A stretch of DNA of 64,000 bases, from the IMG/VR virus record IMGVR_UViG_3300044701_003563; one strand, written 5' to 3'. Shown one piece after another: positions 28,801 to 39,067 of this stretch (positions are counted from its first letter, which is position 1; each line of letters starts with the position of its first letter). The position numbers and the translations under genes are program-made. The stretch comes from a virus. The notes under the pieces were generated by a model. That model did not search any database. It was not told where the DNA came from and saw only the letters and a program-made list of their open reading frames with translations.

Positions 28801-31800
28801 TAAGATCTTGGTGCTCCCCATACTTGCCCAGAATCAGTTCCTACCCTTCCCTTAGGAAGTGGAAATGTTTTAGGTCCAGAAGGTTTATTTGATTTATCAC
28901 CTGCATCAGCGTTGGATTCGGGTTTTTGGGGTTTTCCTGGTTTTATAGTTACATTTACTCCAAGAGATGGAACCTCAGCAACTGGTGGATTTTTTCTTCC
29001 GTATGCTATCGCAGCTGGTCCAGCAAAATAACCAAATCTGTGTCCATGTCTTACTATAAAACTATGTCCAGAAGAGGGCATACCAATACTTGTTGCCCAA
29101 AAATCTGTTCTTCCACCAATAAATTCTTTTGCAGATTGCTGCAATCCTGGATTCTTTATATTTTTAGATGCTTCTTCTACTATTTTTTTACCTCTTCCTT
29201 TACCATTTTTATGAGACTCTACGGCTTTTATAGCACTTTCTTTATCAACAATTGCTGCCCATAATGCTGGGTTACTTTCATGAACAGGTGAATACTGTTT
29301 TGGTGCTATAATATGTCCTTTAATAGTATTAGAAGATTGCCCAAAATTTAATTTTGATAATAATCTGTTATAAATTGACTGAGCAACATCTGCTTGTCCT
29401 TGAGGATTTCCATTTTCAAGAGAAGCAATAGCAGCAAGAGCCCAAAAATCTGCTCCACCACCAGATACTTCAACACCTCTAGATCCAGCTCCAGCTCCAG
29501 ATTTAATATCACCAACAACTTCTGTCGCCGATGCTAAAGACATCTCTCGTAAAGTAGCACCGCTTGAGGTTACTTTAGTAGTTCCAGTAGAAGAATCTGT
29601 GGATGATCCTTTCTTTAATTGTTTAAAGTATCCTTTTATCATCTTGCGGAGTTTATTTCCTCCACTATTGTTTTGGTCAGATTGTTGAAGTTTATCTAAA
29701 TCCCATCTCTGTGGTTTTCCAGAAAGAATTCCAGTACTAGTTCCAAATCTTTCCCATTCTCCATGAGTTCTTACATTAGAATCAATTGTAGATTCGTCCC
29801 ATCCCCAAGCAACTGCTAATCTTGCTGCTTCAAGTGCCATAGCACTTACTTGGGCAGATGTTGGGGGGTACTTTCCAAAATTATTTGGGCCCGTCCCTTC
29901 TCCACCCATTGCAGCAATAGAAAGACCTACCGAATTTGTATTTCCTCCTCCAGTATGCGTTCCCTTATCTTCACCATAAGGTGTGTATCTAACAGCACGA
30001 CCATCCCCCAAAAATGTAGTGTGATAATTACTAAATGGAGTAGAATACGATCCTGCGGTCCAATGTAAAAATATTTTTCTACTTTTATTTCCTTTGCCGC
30101 CATTAAATCCAGATGTTGTTTTTACAGGAGCTCCTCCAGGTTGTCCATGGGGAGTATCATCGTAATTACCACCAGAATCATCTCCAGGTGTTACTTCAGC
30201 ACCTCCACCAAAATTTGGATCACTTCCTCCACCACTACTTCCACCTCTAGAGTCATCAACACTTTTTTTAGAAATAGAAATTTTTGATCTTAAAATTTCT
30301 TTTCTAATATCAGTTAATGCATCATTTGCACCCTTTTCCATTATAACTGACAAAGTATCTGAAACTTCCTCTACAGACTTTTCAGTAAATCTTATGTTTG
30401 TAAAATCTTGATTTACAGTTTCTGCAATTCCACCTGTTGCCAATCTCTGAACTTCTCCACCCACATCTGAAACAAGATTCAAAGATTTTGTAGTTGATAA
30501 TTTTTGAGCTAGAAAAACAAGTCCTTTAGAAATTCTTGAATAAAAAGATTTGTCTGGTTTTTGTCCCATCGCAATATCAACTGAGATGCCCATCAATTCA
30601 CCTACAAATGGAATTTTTTTGAAAGTAGATGAAGTATCTTTTAATGATTTTAAAGCACCACCAGATGGTCCATCTATAGTTGGCTCAGATTCTTGTGTTT
30701 GTTGAGGTTGTTCTTTACTTCCCCAAGTAAAAGGATTCCACCAAACCATTTGATTGTTTGATTTAATACCTTCAGTACTTCCTCCCCCAGTACCTTTCCC
30801 TGCTCCAGTTGGATCTGGGAAAAGTTTTGATATTTCATTATAACCACCAACATCTTTTCCTACTTGTGTTTCTTGTGGTTTTTGTCTTGTCGGTCTTATA
30901 ACTCCACCGTTCTCATACTTTCTAATTATTCCACCAAGACTGTATCCAGCATTTGGAATTGTTGGTTCCTTTGGAACTGCTTTATTTGCCCCAGTAGCTT
31001 TATCTGCAATACCACTTGCTGCCCATGCACCTGCACCAGCACCTATTGCCCCGCCTATTATACCACCTAAAACAGTTCCAAGACCTGGAATAATACTTCC
31101 TATTGCTGCTCCAACGACTGCCCCACCTTTGGCACCAGCAAGTGCTCCACCAACTCCAGCAGCAGTTCCAACTCCAGCTTGTAAATTACTTTGTCCAGAT
31201 GCTTTTCTGCTGGTAAAATCCCATGCTGCCATTGCTACAGCAGCAATTGGTCCAGCAGCTTTACCTAAAAACTTTCCAGCTCCCTTTACAAATTGCCCAC
31301 CACCTTTTCCACCTACCTTTATCGCAAGTCTCGTAAGTGCTCTTCCACCACCCCTGGCAAAAATTCCTCCAGTTGCTTTATTTGCAAAAGATGAAACGCC
31401 TTTTGTTAACCTTTGAGCAACTTTTCCTCCTCCCTTTCCTCCTAGTTTTATTGCTATTCTTTTTATTGATCTACCGACTCCTCCCTTAAGAACACCCTTT
31501 GCCCCTCTCGCTGCTTGAGCACCTCCTTTTCCTTTGTTGCCTTTTTTAAGAAAATCAAAAATATCAAATCCCATATCACCAGCAAGCATTGCTGCCAATA
31601 TGGTAAGATCAATCATCCTATTAAATTTCTTCTCAAAGTCTTGAATTTCTTTATCAGTTCTTGCTCCCGATATTACTGCTAATGTTTTTGTTAAACCATT
31701 AACTAACCTTATTCCACCAGCTACAAATTTAGTTAAAATATTTGCCAGTCCGCCAAAGACTTCCATGGCAAAATATGCTACTTGCATAATCTTGCCAAAA

Positions 31801-32345
31801 GTTTTTATAAGTGCGGGAACTAATGGAATAATTTTATCATATAACCAACCCAATGTAGTGAAGAAAATAAATCTCTTTACTATATCAAAAAGTGAAGTTT
31901 TTGGTAAAGATTTAGAGAGATTTTCTTTTACATCAAACTTTTTGGGGGATTCTAATTTTTCTTCTTGCGATTTAAATCTTTCCCTTTCAGCATCCGTTCT
32001 TTTTTTGGATTGATTTTTTTTGAAAAATTCTAATTTATTTTTCAATAATAAATCAATTTTAATTACTTTTTTTTCGATCGATTGTACAATTTTTAAAATA
32101 TCATTACTGGAAGAAGTTTTTTGGGGTGCTTCTTCTTTCTTTTTAAAAGCATCATAAACTCCACTAGCAAAATCAAACCCCTGAGAAATATTTCTCTTTG
32201 TCAATTTAGAAGAATTTTCGGTCGGAATTTTTTTTGTTTTTTGAGCTGTAGTAATTGCGCCAGTATTTTTAACTGTGTTTTTTCCCAAAAACTTGGAAGA
32301 TTTTATTGCTGTGCCAGTTATTTTTACTAAAGCTCCTGCAGCCAT
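25887..32345 (-). CDS. Tape-measure/hub-like tail protein with multiple peptidoglycan hydrolase domains
   Basis: Helical/hydrophobic N-terminal third, then amidase, SleB-like, M23, M15, GH24 and M23-like motifs. Confidence 0.8.
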   Translation of the reverse strand: MAAGALVKITGTAIKSSKFLGKNTVKNTGAITTAQKTKKIPTENSSKLTKRNISQGFDFASGVYDAFKKKEEAPQKTSSSNDILKIVQSIEKKVIKIDLLLKNKLEFFKKNQSKKRTDAERERFKSQEEKLESPKKFDVKENLSKSLPKTSLFDIVKRFIFFTTLGWLYDKIIPLVPALIKTFGKIMQVAYFAMEVFGGLANILTKFVAGGIRLVNGLTKTLAVISGARTDKEIQDFEKKFNRMIDLTILAAMLAGDMGFDIFDFLKKGNKGKGGAQAARGAKGVLKGGVGRSIKRIAIKLGGKGGGKVAQRLTKGVSSFANKATGGIFARGGGRALTRLAIKVGGKGGGQFVKGAGKFLGKAAGPIAAVAMAAWDFTSRKASGQSNLQAGVGTAAGVGGALAGAKGGAVVGAAIGSIIPGLGTVLGGIIGGAIGAGAGAWAASGIADKATGANKAVPKEPTIPNAGYSLGGIIRKYENGGVIRPTRQKPQETQVGKDVGGYNEISKLFPDPTGAGKGTGGGSTEGIKSNNQMVWWNPFTWGSKEQPQQTQESEPTIDGPSGGALKSLKDTSSTFKKIPFVGELMGISVDIAMGQKPDKSFYSRISKGLVFLAQKLSTTKSLNLVSDVGGEVQRLATGGIAETVNQDFTNIRFTEKSVEEVSDTLSVIMEKGANDALTDIRKEILRSKISISKKSVDDSRGGSSGGGSDPNFGGGAEVTPGDDSGGNYDDTPHGQPGGAPVKTTSGFNGGKGNKSRKIFLHWTAGSYSTPFSNYHTTFLGDGRAVRYTPYGEDKGTHTGGGNTNSVGLSIAAMGGEGTGPNNFGKYPPTSAQVSAMALEAARLAVAWGWDESTIDSNVRTHGEWERFGTSTGILSGKPQRWDLDKLQQSDQNNSGGNKLRKMIKGYFKQLKKGSSTDSSTGTTKVTSSGATLREMSLASATEVVGDIKSGAGAGSRGVEVSGGGADFWALAAIASLENGNPQGQADVAQSIYNRLLSKLNFGQSSNTIKGHIIAPKQYSPVHESNPALWAAIVDKESAIKAVESHKNGKGRGKKIVEEASKNIKNPGLQQSAKEFIGGRTDFWATSIGMPSSGHSFIVRHGHRFGYFAGPAAIAYGRKNPPVAEVPSLGVNVTIKPGKPQKPESNADAGDKSNKPSGPKTFPLPKGRVGTDSGQVWGAPRSYGPHAGVDVVENPPYGDPKIPVVAYRSGKVINSTPDYPYQRSGYTSNLSIDHGGGLKVTYLHMTPGLKPGDTVQSGQKLGKLIPLGSAPDFMQTHLHFQAYQDNKLINPTNILKSAFHGSFVSKEGTYQLHEGEFVVDKDSVNLLGIDFFKSLNSIENKISLNKIAPDLISRIQETTRGGAYLSQHYPDEKHAEEIDSSNPSSSKETSSNLELAIKNEESKAEKEDEKEDEKEDDKNQRVKVIPASHPQTGRGFAIKGVTDGNGRPLILSKGGIKAFGEMMQDSKGAVKGSDVASGKRSVAHNRKVGGVPNSNHLGGNALDIHGTSEPWMRRHGKTYGWIVNDYPGSHGGHFDYKGDDKDSGGDTLATMSSDSTIDSVTDYSTSPSRGGGSGGGGGGGAPSGGGGGGGAPPGNDPVDIEAEPTETLIPGKPSKSKPGSKGEEDLTLDILGSYEGLRLEAYPDAIYGWGVPTIGFGATKINGRPVKAGDKITKEQAYALKKHDMERHKDRVVQQLGKESLDKLPAHVRIPLMSIAFNYGSLPSGVSERVKSGLAKGDYTELADYIENRLGRHDKGINQWRRSDEAKIIRTGKSGRLQGFDASPNAIAKLERDEKSKDGERPTEAGGDPGDIEKDQQIAGSTKDKRYGRLGVPNTDGQDTGADLELFGRRGEIGKSFGDNDKSGPYGNRGVEISFPYELVYLDKIPGGRNAGRKSIDVDGTQRRVYKGAEGSAGFGNVGSYFYKDPRTGKMFEVMMGHGNKPFKKFKNGEKIPAGTVVGWQGASGSSDSMQGGVYDHVSFHVNAVDGGDPGPIFDKFVNSLLGGEGARITARRREEKKAQAEIAKKKAKEEKKSPIAKAQKAGGNLVSSIASSVSSFFGFGNKSKKPSAAKPSGKPKIVKAQGGGQIGSSNIKEKQINKFADYENPFESGTVYYQEKIKYITVPQQNTSRGQMKVSSGAKPEQTDNSYNLRRQ

Positions 32346-32363
32346 TTTTCTTTAATTCCTCTG

Positions 32364-35300
32364 CTAAATGTGATTAATGAATCCTAAAGTATCCATAATT
32401 CGTTTTCTTTCAATTGCAGCACTTTTGTTTGTACAAATTGAATTAAATGCAACTTCTTGTTGCCCTTGGACTGCTCCTCCTGGTACTGATTGAGTGGGTA
32501 GGTTTTCGGTGATGGGTGGCAATTTAATCATTGATGGTAATCCACCACCATTAGATGTATATGGTTTTATTTTATTCCCAACATTATTTGGTTTTACGCC
32601 AATTTTAGATGCAGCAGAATTTGAATCTGTTGATCCAACTATACTATCTAGGAAACCTTTACCAACTCTATCGACAGTATCTTTAGGAACTACATATTCT
32701 CCAGGTTGTAAAGCAGTTAGTTGTCTGTCTGCAGTTCCTCCTGGCATATTCATACCAGTATTTTCCATTATCATTCCCCTCGCAAAAAATGATGAAAAAT
32801 CCTTTCCACTTCCAAATGCTTTCAATCCATAAGCATCTGCACTTCTCCCCTGTCTTTCTAAAGAATTTGCTCTCATGGCACGAAGTTCATCTGCCTGCTG
32901 TTGCATCAAGGATTTTTTAACAGGTGCTAACAAAGTTGATGGAGAAGGTTGAATTGACTTTGGGGGAGAAGGAACAACCTGTGGCATTTGTGGTAATGTA
33001 GGTGCTATTGGAGCAGATTGTGGTTGTGGGAATGCTTGATTTCTTCTCCCTCCAAATAAATTAGTAAGTGGTGAAAATATATTTCTTGCCCTTTCACCTA
33101 AGGATCCAAGTCCAGATCCAAATTGCTGGAATGGTTGAATGCTATCTGGTCTTGATTGTGGTGTACTTAAATTAACTCCAAATTGAGAACCAAGCATAGA
33201 CTCTAATTGATTCTGATAATATTTTTCGGGATTTGCAATATTAACTCTACCTCCACCAAAATTAACTAATCCACCCCCTTGCATTCTAGCAGCCTTAGAT
33301 GTAAGAGTATCTTTGTATAATCTACTCGTTTGCTTTTTATTTTTTTCATCAGAATCTTTTTTCTTATTTACTGGATCTTTTGCTGTAGAAATGTCCCAGA
33401 TATCTTTTCCTAATAATGCTACATCAGATACCATAGATGCTGCTTCAGCAATTGCAGGAATTGCAGCACCAACTCCAGTCAATGACGCACCAGATGTTGC
33501 AAGTGTTGTTGCTCCAGATGCAGCACCAAATCCAGCTAAGGCAGCACCAAATTTATCACCCCTCTCTGCTCTTGCCGCAGCATCAGCAGCACTTGCAGCA
33601 ACGCCTAAACCAGGAACCATTCTTCCACCAAACTTGCCAAATGCCCCACCAATTTTCATCATTTTTGGATTTTTTGCTATTCCAGATCCAATATTTGAAA
33701 CTCGTTTAGGGATTCCTCCAAAAAAATTTGCTGCAGATTTTAAATATTTTCCTTTTTCAAGTGATTCTTTTGTTGTTTTTACTCCAGAATTTATTCCAGA
33801 TATTGTATCGGAAACATTTCCCCAAAATCCTTTCTTTTGATTTTCTGATGGAGATTTTTTTCCAGTAATAGTAGAAACTCCAGATTTTATACCTGAAGAT
33901 TTGCTAGTAGTTTTTTTAATAGCTTTTCTAGCAATGTCTCTCTTTCTATTTTGTTGAAAAAACCCACCAATCCCTGACGTAATTTTTTTAATTATTCCAC
34001 CACCAGCTTTCTGTTGAATCGGTGGAGGTGGGGCATCAGTAGTTGTTTTAATCGGCAAGTTTGTTGCAGAATCTATTGATGGAGGAGGTGGTGCTGAAGG
34101 TGTGGGAGTTGAAAGATTTAAATTACTTCCATAAGCCTTTTTAGGATCTACTTTTAACTTACTTGTATCAATTTTTGGCAAATTATAATTAGATGCTCTT
34201 ACTCCCAATGCACCCAATGTGTCACCTTGTCTATCAAGTGACCTTGCTCTCATTTCACGAAGTTCCCTTAAACTATCAGATATAGATTGCTTCTTAGGTT
34301 GCTGAACATTTAATTTTACATTTGGATTAAATGCCGTACTTACAAGGTTCTTATTTTGACTTGGTTTAAAATTATAATTTGTTTTTATTGGATTTATTTT
34401 CAATCCCAAATCTGCACCAAATGGACCTCTATTCTTTGGAACATTTTTAGCAACAGGTTTGTTTGCGTTGAAAGATTTATTTCTATTAAAAATAAATTTA
34501 TTATAAAAATCTAGAATTTTATCGTTGAAGTTTTTATTTGAATTTTCTAATTTAGATGCTCTCAGTCCATAAGCATCATTCGTTCTTCCCTGCCTTTCTA
34601 AGGAATCAGATCTCATTCCATAAAGTTCTCTCAATATTTCCATTATATTTTTTGTTTTTCCAGAAGACAATCCACCACCTTGCTTCTTAACGATGCCACC
34701 ACCTTGCTTTTTAACGATTCCACCACCTTGCTTGCCAACCCACCCTCTAGGATCTATTGCCCATCTTTTTGGTTTTGGTGCTGCAGGTTTTGGTGCTGCA
34801 GGTTTTGGTGCTGCAGATGCTGGAGGAGCAAAGAAATTTCCAATAGATGACATTGCCCTGGAAGCAATGTTCATTATTGGATTTCTTGGTGCTGGTGCTG
34901 CAGGTTTTGGTGCTGCTGGTGCAAAACCTTTGCCATAGTTTACACCACCAGATAATCCTTGAATTCTTCGTAGATTATCTTGAGTTTCGGCAAGATGATT
35001 ATATCCACCATTTATATTGTAAGTAAATGATTTGCTATCACCCTTTTTTGCCATATCGGCAAAATTAACACCAAATGTTTTCTCTCTATCTTCAAGATAA
35101 TATAGTGTGGATAATGCTTGAACTTTTGGATCTTTAGATAAAAGATCTGGATTTTTAATTACATCAACTCCCTTATGACCATTTCTTGCTAACCATTTAT
35201 TAAATCCCTGATAATTATCTCTTCCAGTTAATTGTATTGCTCCTCTTCCACGGAAATTATATGCATCATCTGCATTTTTATTTCCAATCATTCCAGAATA

Positions 35301-38126
35301 ACCAGAAAAATAATGATAACCTTCCTTTCCTTTCGGATCTCTTGGATCCGAATTGTACATTTCTTTAGCTCTACTAAAATTCTTAGATTCCACAAGTAAC
35401 CTTGCGGTCAATTGATCCATGAATTTTTTATCTCCCCAACCCTTCTCCTTAAATCTTCCACTTTGAAGCATTCTATAAAGAAGAGGGATTGACTGTGCTA
35501 ATGTTGGATCAAATTTATGATCTGGATCACCAGACATTTTTTTTCCAAGATCTAATACCGAAGTTCCACCAACTATACCACCAGAAGCATATCCACCAAC
35601 AATTCCTCCATTGGAAAATCCAACCCCAGTTTTGGTTTTTATTTTATCAGAATCAACTTTATTTGGTTTTCTTCCCGATAACCATTCTGGAATATTGACT
35701 CCAAATTTTTGAAATATAGAAGTTTGATGTTCTGGAGTTAAAATTGCTTCTCCTTTTCTTACAGCAATTGTAGTATCTTCTCTATTCTTATTTCCGAGAA
35801 GACCCATTCCTCCACCCATCATTGAACCAAGTGGTCCACCAAATGCACCAATTCCACCACCACTTATTACTTTTGATAATACACTCTGATCTTTTTCAGT
35901 AAGAACTGCATCACCAGTTTTTGCTTTTATGAGAGTATTATCTTTTCCAGCGCCAGTAATTGGAATTCCATTTGTCAAGTCTGTTCCAATCACGCCACCA
36001 GAAGCAAATCCTCCTGTTTTTGTCTGGGAATTTTGATTTTTTACTTGCTGTGAAATTAATGGACCAGACTTTTCTGCAATGATTGATGCAAGTCCTCCAA
36101 TTCCACCTAAAGCAATAAATTTAGGATCTTGATTTAATCCAGTTGCTTTTGCTTGTTTTGAAAGTTTATCTAATTCTGATTGTATTTTTGGATTTTTAAG
36201 AATACCACCTTTTACTATATCCGATGCGCCTTTTAATCCAGATAGTCCAACTGTTAATGGTAAAGTGGATAATTTTACAGTATTTTTTATTCCACTTTTT
36301 ACTAAATCTCCAGCTCCAGAAGCAACTTTCCCAAATCCCGAAAATGCTTTACCTGCCAATCCAGCAGCACTAGATACTGCCTTCCCTAAATTTTCTGCAC
36401 CAAATTTTCCTGCTTTAAATGCTAATCCTAAAGGACTAAATTCAAGTGCTTTTTTAGATGCCTTTCCTCCAAGTTCTAAACCTTTGCCCAAATTTTCGGC
36501 ACCAAATTTTCCTGCTTTTAGCAGTAATCCCAAAGGACTAAATTCAAGTGCTTTTTTAGATGCCTTTCCTCCAAGTTCTAAACCCTTACCTACTAATCCA
36601 GCACCGCCAGATACTGCCTTTCCTAAATTTTCTGCACCAAATTTTCCCGATTGAAATGCTAATCCAAGTGGTGTATATTTTAAAGCTTCTAATAATGGGA
36701 AAGATTTTTTATTTCTTTCTCCTACAACTCCACCAGATTCAAATTTAGGTACTGAAGATTTTTGATTTTTATCTTTCCCAAACGCACCGAATTGATTTGC
36801 TAACAAAGATATTGGATTAAATTTAGATGCTTTTTTAGTAGCACTTAACCCAGCTTCTTTAATGCCATCAAAATTTTCTAAACCTTTTTTAGCTGCAAGG
36901 AATGGAAGATATGCTGGTCCTCCAAGTAAAAGTTCAAGTGGAATAGGAAGTCCAAATTCTTTAACTTTTTTCTCAGAAGGAGAAGATTTTTCAGAACCAA
37001 TTAATCCACCTTTAGCATATCCACTTGTAGAGGGTGTTTCTGGTTTTGGTATTGGAGCAGTTTCTTCCTTGCTTGGAGTATCTACTTCAGTGTTTTTATT
37101 TCCACCTAAGGCACGAGCTGCACCAGCAACAGCCAATCCACCCGCAGCAAGTAAAGCAAGTTTACCTTTACCTCCCATTTTTCCTATTAATGGAAGGAGT
37201 TTTTGGGCAATAACTATGCCCATTTTAATAGTAAATCCAGCTAATTTACCAATAAGACCAGTAACTAATCTTCCTATTGAAGTTCCGAATGCCAGATAGG
37301 AACCAACTAAAAGAAGCCAATGATCTGAAAGAAATTTTACAATTGTGTTAAAAGTTTTTTGGTTTGCAGGATCACTAAACCATTTAATAAACATATTAAA
37401 TGCTTTTCCAAGCAAAACCCATACTATAAAGTTTTTAATTCTGTCAAATATATCCTGGAGTGGAGATAATGCTTTAGAAGCTGCACCTATAATTGTCTTT
37501 AAACCTTTACCAAGTCCACCTTCTAATCGTTTTTCACTTTCTGATCTTCTTCCTCTCTCTCTACCTTTTCTATCTTCTTCAGAACTTTTTTGATCAAATT
37601 TAAATCCATCTTGAAGAGTTTTTAATATTGATCCTAAAGTCTTATCAATACTTTGTAACAATTTTATTAAAGAAATCCTTTCTCCCCTTTTTTCAGTAGG
37701 AGCAGAAATATTTTCTTTTTTTGATTGTGGTAATAAATTTTGAGGGGGTTCTTTCTGTTCAAAAGAAGGTGGAAGTAAATTTTGTGCTGGCTTTATATTT
37801 GCAGCAGGGCTTTTTCTTTGCTTTTGAACAAAAGTACTTATTGAAGTTACTTTTGATGCGTTTACTTTTGTTTTATTTACTTTCTTTTTCTTTACACCAG
37901 TTGTAAATACTGTAGACTTATCTTCAGATTTTACTCTTTTTAATTCATCCGTAATTAATTTAGATTGATCTGAAGTATATTTTGTATCACTCATGCGAGC
38001 AGCAATAGATGCTTCTCTTAATGATCGAAAATAATCTTCCCAATTAAGTTCGTATTCATCTTGAAGACCCAGCAAGTCAATAAGATATTGATCTATTACT
38101 TGAGTTGCTGGGCTTTTAGAATCCAT
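32364..38126 (-). CDS. Tape-measure-like tail protein with a GH19 (chitinase/lysozyme) domain
   Basis: LLVESKNF...FRGRGAIQLTGRDNY...INGGYNHL; repeated F/YxxGG[LIV] motifs; follows gp26-gp51. Confidence 0.8.
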   Translation of the reverse strand: MDSKSPATQVIDQYLIDLLGLQDEYELNWEDYFRSLREASIAARMSDTKYTSDQSKLITDELKRVKSEDKSTVFTTGVKKKKVNKTKVNASKVTSISTFVQKQRKSPAANIKPAQNLLPPSFEQKEPPQNLLPQSKKENISAPTEKRGERISLIKLLQSIDKTLGSILKTLQDGFKFDQKSSEEDRKGRERGRRSESEKRLEGGLGKGLKTIIGAASKALSPLQDIFDRIKNFIVWVLLGKAFNMFIKWFSDPANQKTFNTIVKFLSDHWLLLVGSYLAFGTSIGRLVTGLIGKLAGFTIKMGIVIAQKLLPLIGKMGGKGKLALLAAGGLAVAGAARALGGNKNTEVDTPSKEETAPIPKPETPSTSGYAKGGLIGSEKSSPSEKKVKEFGLPIPLELLLGGPAYLPFLAAKKGLENFDGIKEAGLSATKKASKFNPISLLANQFGAFGKDKNQKSSVPKFESGGVVGERNKKSFPLLEALKYTPLGLAFQSGKFGAENLGKAVSGGAGLVGKGLELGGKASKKALEFSPLGLLLKAGKFGAENLGKGLELGGKASKKALEFSPLGLAFKAGKFGAENLGKAVSSAAGLAGKAFSGFGKVASGAGDLVKSGIKNTVKLSTLPLTVGLSGLKGASDIVKGGILKNPKIQSELDKLSKQAKATGLNQDPKFIALGGIGGLASIIAEKSGPLISQQVKNQNSQTKTGGFASGGVIGTDLTNGIPITGAGKDNTLIKAKTGDAVLTEKDQSVLSKVISGGGIGAFGGPLGSMMGGGMGLLGNKNREDTTIAVRKGEAILTPEHQTSIFQKFGVNIPEWLSGRKPNKVDSDKIKTKTGVGFSNGGIVGGYASGGIVGGTSVLDLGKKMSGDPDHKFDPTLAQSIPLLYRMLQSGRFKEKGWGDKKFMDQLTARLLVESKNFSRAKEMYNSDPRDPKGKEGYHYFSGYSGMIGNKNADDAYNFRGRGAIQLTGRDNYQGFNKWLARNGHKGVDVIKNPDLLSKDPKVQALSTLYYLEDREKTFGVNFADMAKKGDSKSFTYNINGGYNHLAETQDNLRRIQGLSGGVNYGKGFAPAAPKPAAPAPRNPIMNIASRAMSSIGNFFAPPASAAPKPAAPKPAAPKPKRWAIDPRGWVGKQGGGIVKKQGGGIVKKQGGGLSSGKTKNIMEILRELYGMRSDSLERQGRTNDAYGLRASKLENSNKNFNDKILDFYNKFIFNRNKSFNANKPVAKNVPKNRGPFGADLGLKINPIKTNYNFKPSQNKNLVSTAFNPNVKLNVQQPKKQSISDSLRELREMRARSLDRQGDTLGALGVRASNYNLPKIDTSKLKVDPKKAYGSNLNLSTPTPSAPPPPSIDSATNLPIKTTTDAPPPPIQQKAGGGIIKKITSGIGGFFQQNRKRDIARKAIKKTTSKSSGIKSGVSTITGKKSPSENQKKGFWGNVSDTISGINSGVKTTKESLEKGKYLKSAANFFGGIPKRVSNIGSGIAKNPKMMKIGGAFGKFGGRMVPGLGVAASAADAAARAERGDKFGAALAGFGAASGATTLATSGASLTGVGAAIPAIAEAASMVSDVALLGKDIWDISTAKDPVNKKKDSDEKNKKQTSRLYKDTLTSKAARMQGGGLVNFGGGRVNIANPEKYYQNQLESMLGSQFGVNLSTPQSRPDSIQPFQQFGSGLGSLGERARNIFSPLTNLFGGRRNQAFPQPQSAPIAPTLPQMPQVVPSPPKSIQPSPSTLLAPVKKSLMQQQADELRAMRANSLERQGRSADAYGLKAFGSGKDFSSFFARGMIMENTGMNMPGGTADRQLTALQPGEYVVPKDTVDRVGKGFLDSIVGSTDSNSAASKIGVKPNNVGNKIKPYTSNGGGLPSMIKLPPITENLPTQSVPGGAVQGQQEVAFNSICTNKSAAIERKRIMDTLGFINHI

Positions 38127-38301
38127 TTTTGTTTGCTGTCTTGCGTTTTAATTCTTCTTCTTCAAGATGCTCTTCTAACATCATAACATAGATGTCTCTT
38201 TCCCAAGGCATCATATTTTCTATTTCAGTCAAAGAATATTTATGGAATTGGATTAAGGCAAAATTTAATCTATAATAATTTTCCAAATCCATATGAGACA
38301 T
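38116..38301 (-). CDS. gp51: Baseplate hub assembly catalyst
   Basis: LENYYRLNFALIQFHKYSLTEIENMMPWERDIYV. Confidence 0.9.
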   Translation of the reverse strand: MSHMDLENYYRLNFALIQFHKYSLTEIENMMPWERDIYVMMLEEHLEEEELKRKTANKNGF

Positions 38302-38303
38302 GC

Positions 38304-39026
38304 CTACGCGAAAAAAGCAGAAAGTCCCTCCAGAATGACTTCACTCTTAACTTTTGTGTTTGGATTTGTTATTTTTACCTTATGAGTCAATTTGGGCATA
38401 GTTTCAAAGAATGTTTCAATTTGCTTAAATTGAACAGAATTCATTTGATCCAGGAAGTCTACAAGTTCTTTTTTAGTGACATCTGCAGAATCCCAAACCT
38501 CTTCTTCAGTGTAAATTTTATCGATGCATGAGGCAATCAATTCAAAAGATTGCTCCACATTATTGTCTTGAGAAAAATCAAAATTTGTTTTAATAAATTG
38601 ATCCAAGGATGGATACTTCATTTCCATAGTAATAGAATCATCTACTTTGATTTTTGTAGTATGCTTTTCGTTTTTTTCAACTTCAATTTGATTGATGGGA
38701 ATTTCAATAGGAACTTGCGTCACATTATCGTCTGGACAGATAATATTAACTTCAACGACTTCTCCTACAGACTTTCCTCTAATATTTAAAAACAAATATT
38801 CAATGTCAAATGTCGGTAAAGATTCAACTTTTATACTTTTTGGAGATTCAATACAATTTTTAATTACTTGCTTCACTGCTGTAGTAATTTCTTTATTATC
38901 TTCAGATTCTAAAGCAAGAACTAAAAGCTTTTCTTCTCTAACCAAAAATGGTCTATATGAAACTTTTTGACCAGAAGAAGGTAAAGATAATTCGTATGAT
39001 GGTGTAGAAATTTTAGGTAATGGCAT
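38304..39026 (-). CDS. gp26: Baseplate hub subunit
   Basis: MPLPKISTPSYELSLPSSG..YRPFLVREEK...FDIEYLFLNIRGKSVGE. Confidence 0.92.
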   Translation of the reverse strand: MPLPKISTPSYELSLPSSGQKVSYRPFLVREEKLLVLALESEDNKEITTAVKQVIKNCIESPKSIKVESLPTFDIEYLFLNIRGKSVGEVVEVNIICPDDNVTQVPIEIPINQIEVEKNEKHTTKIKVDDSITMEMKYPSLDQFIKTNFDFSQDNNVEQSFELIASCIDKIYTEEEVWDSADVTKKELVDFLDQMNSVQFKQIETFFETMPKLTHKVKITNPNTKVKSEVILEGLSAFFA

Positions 39027-39067
39027 AATTAGTTAAACCAATTCAGGCAATGTGTTTATTATATATA

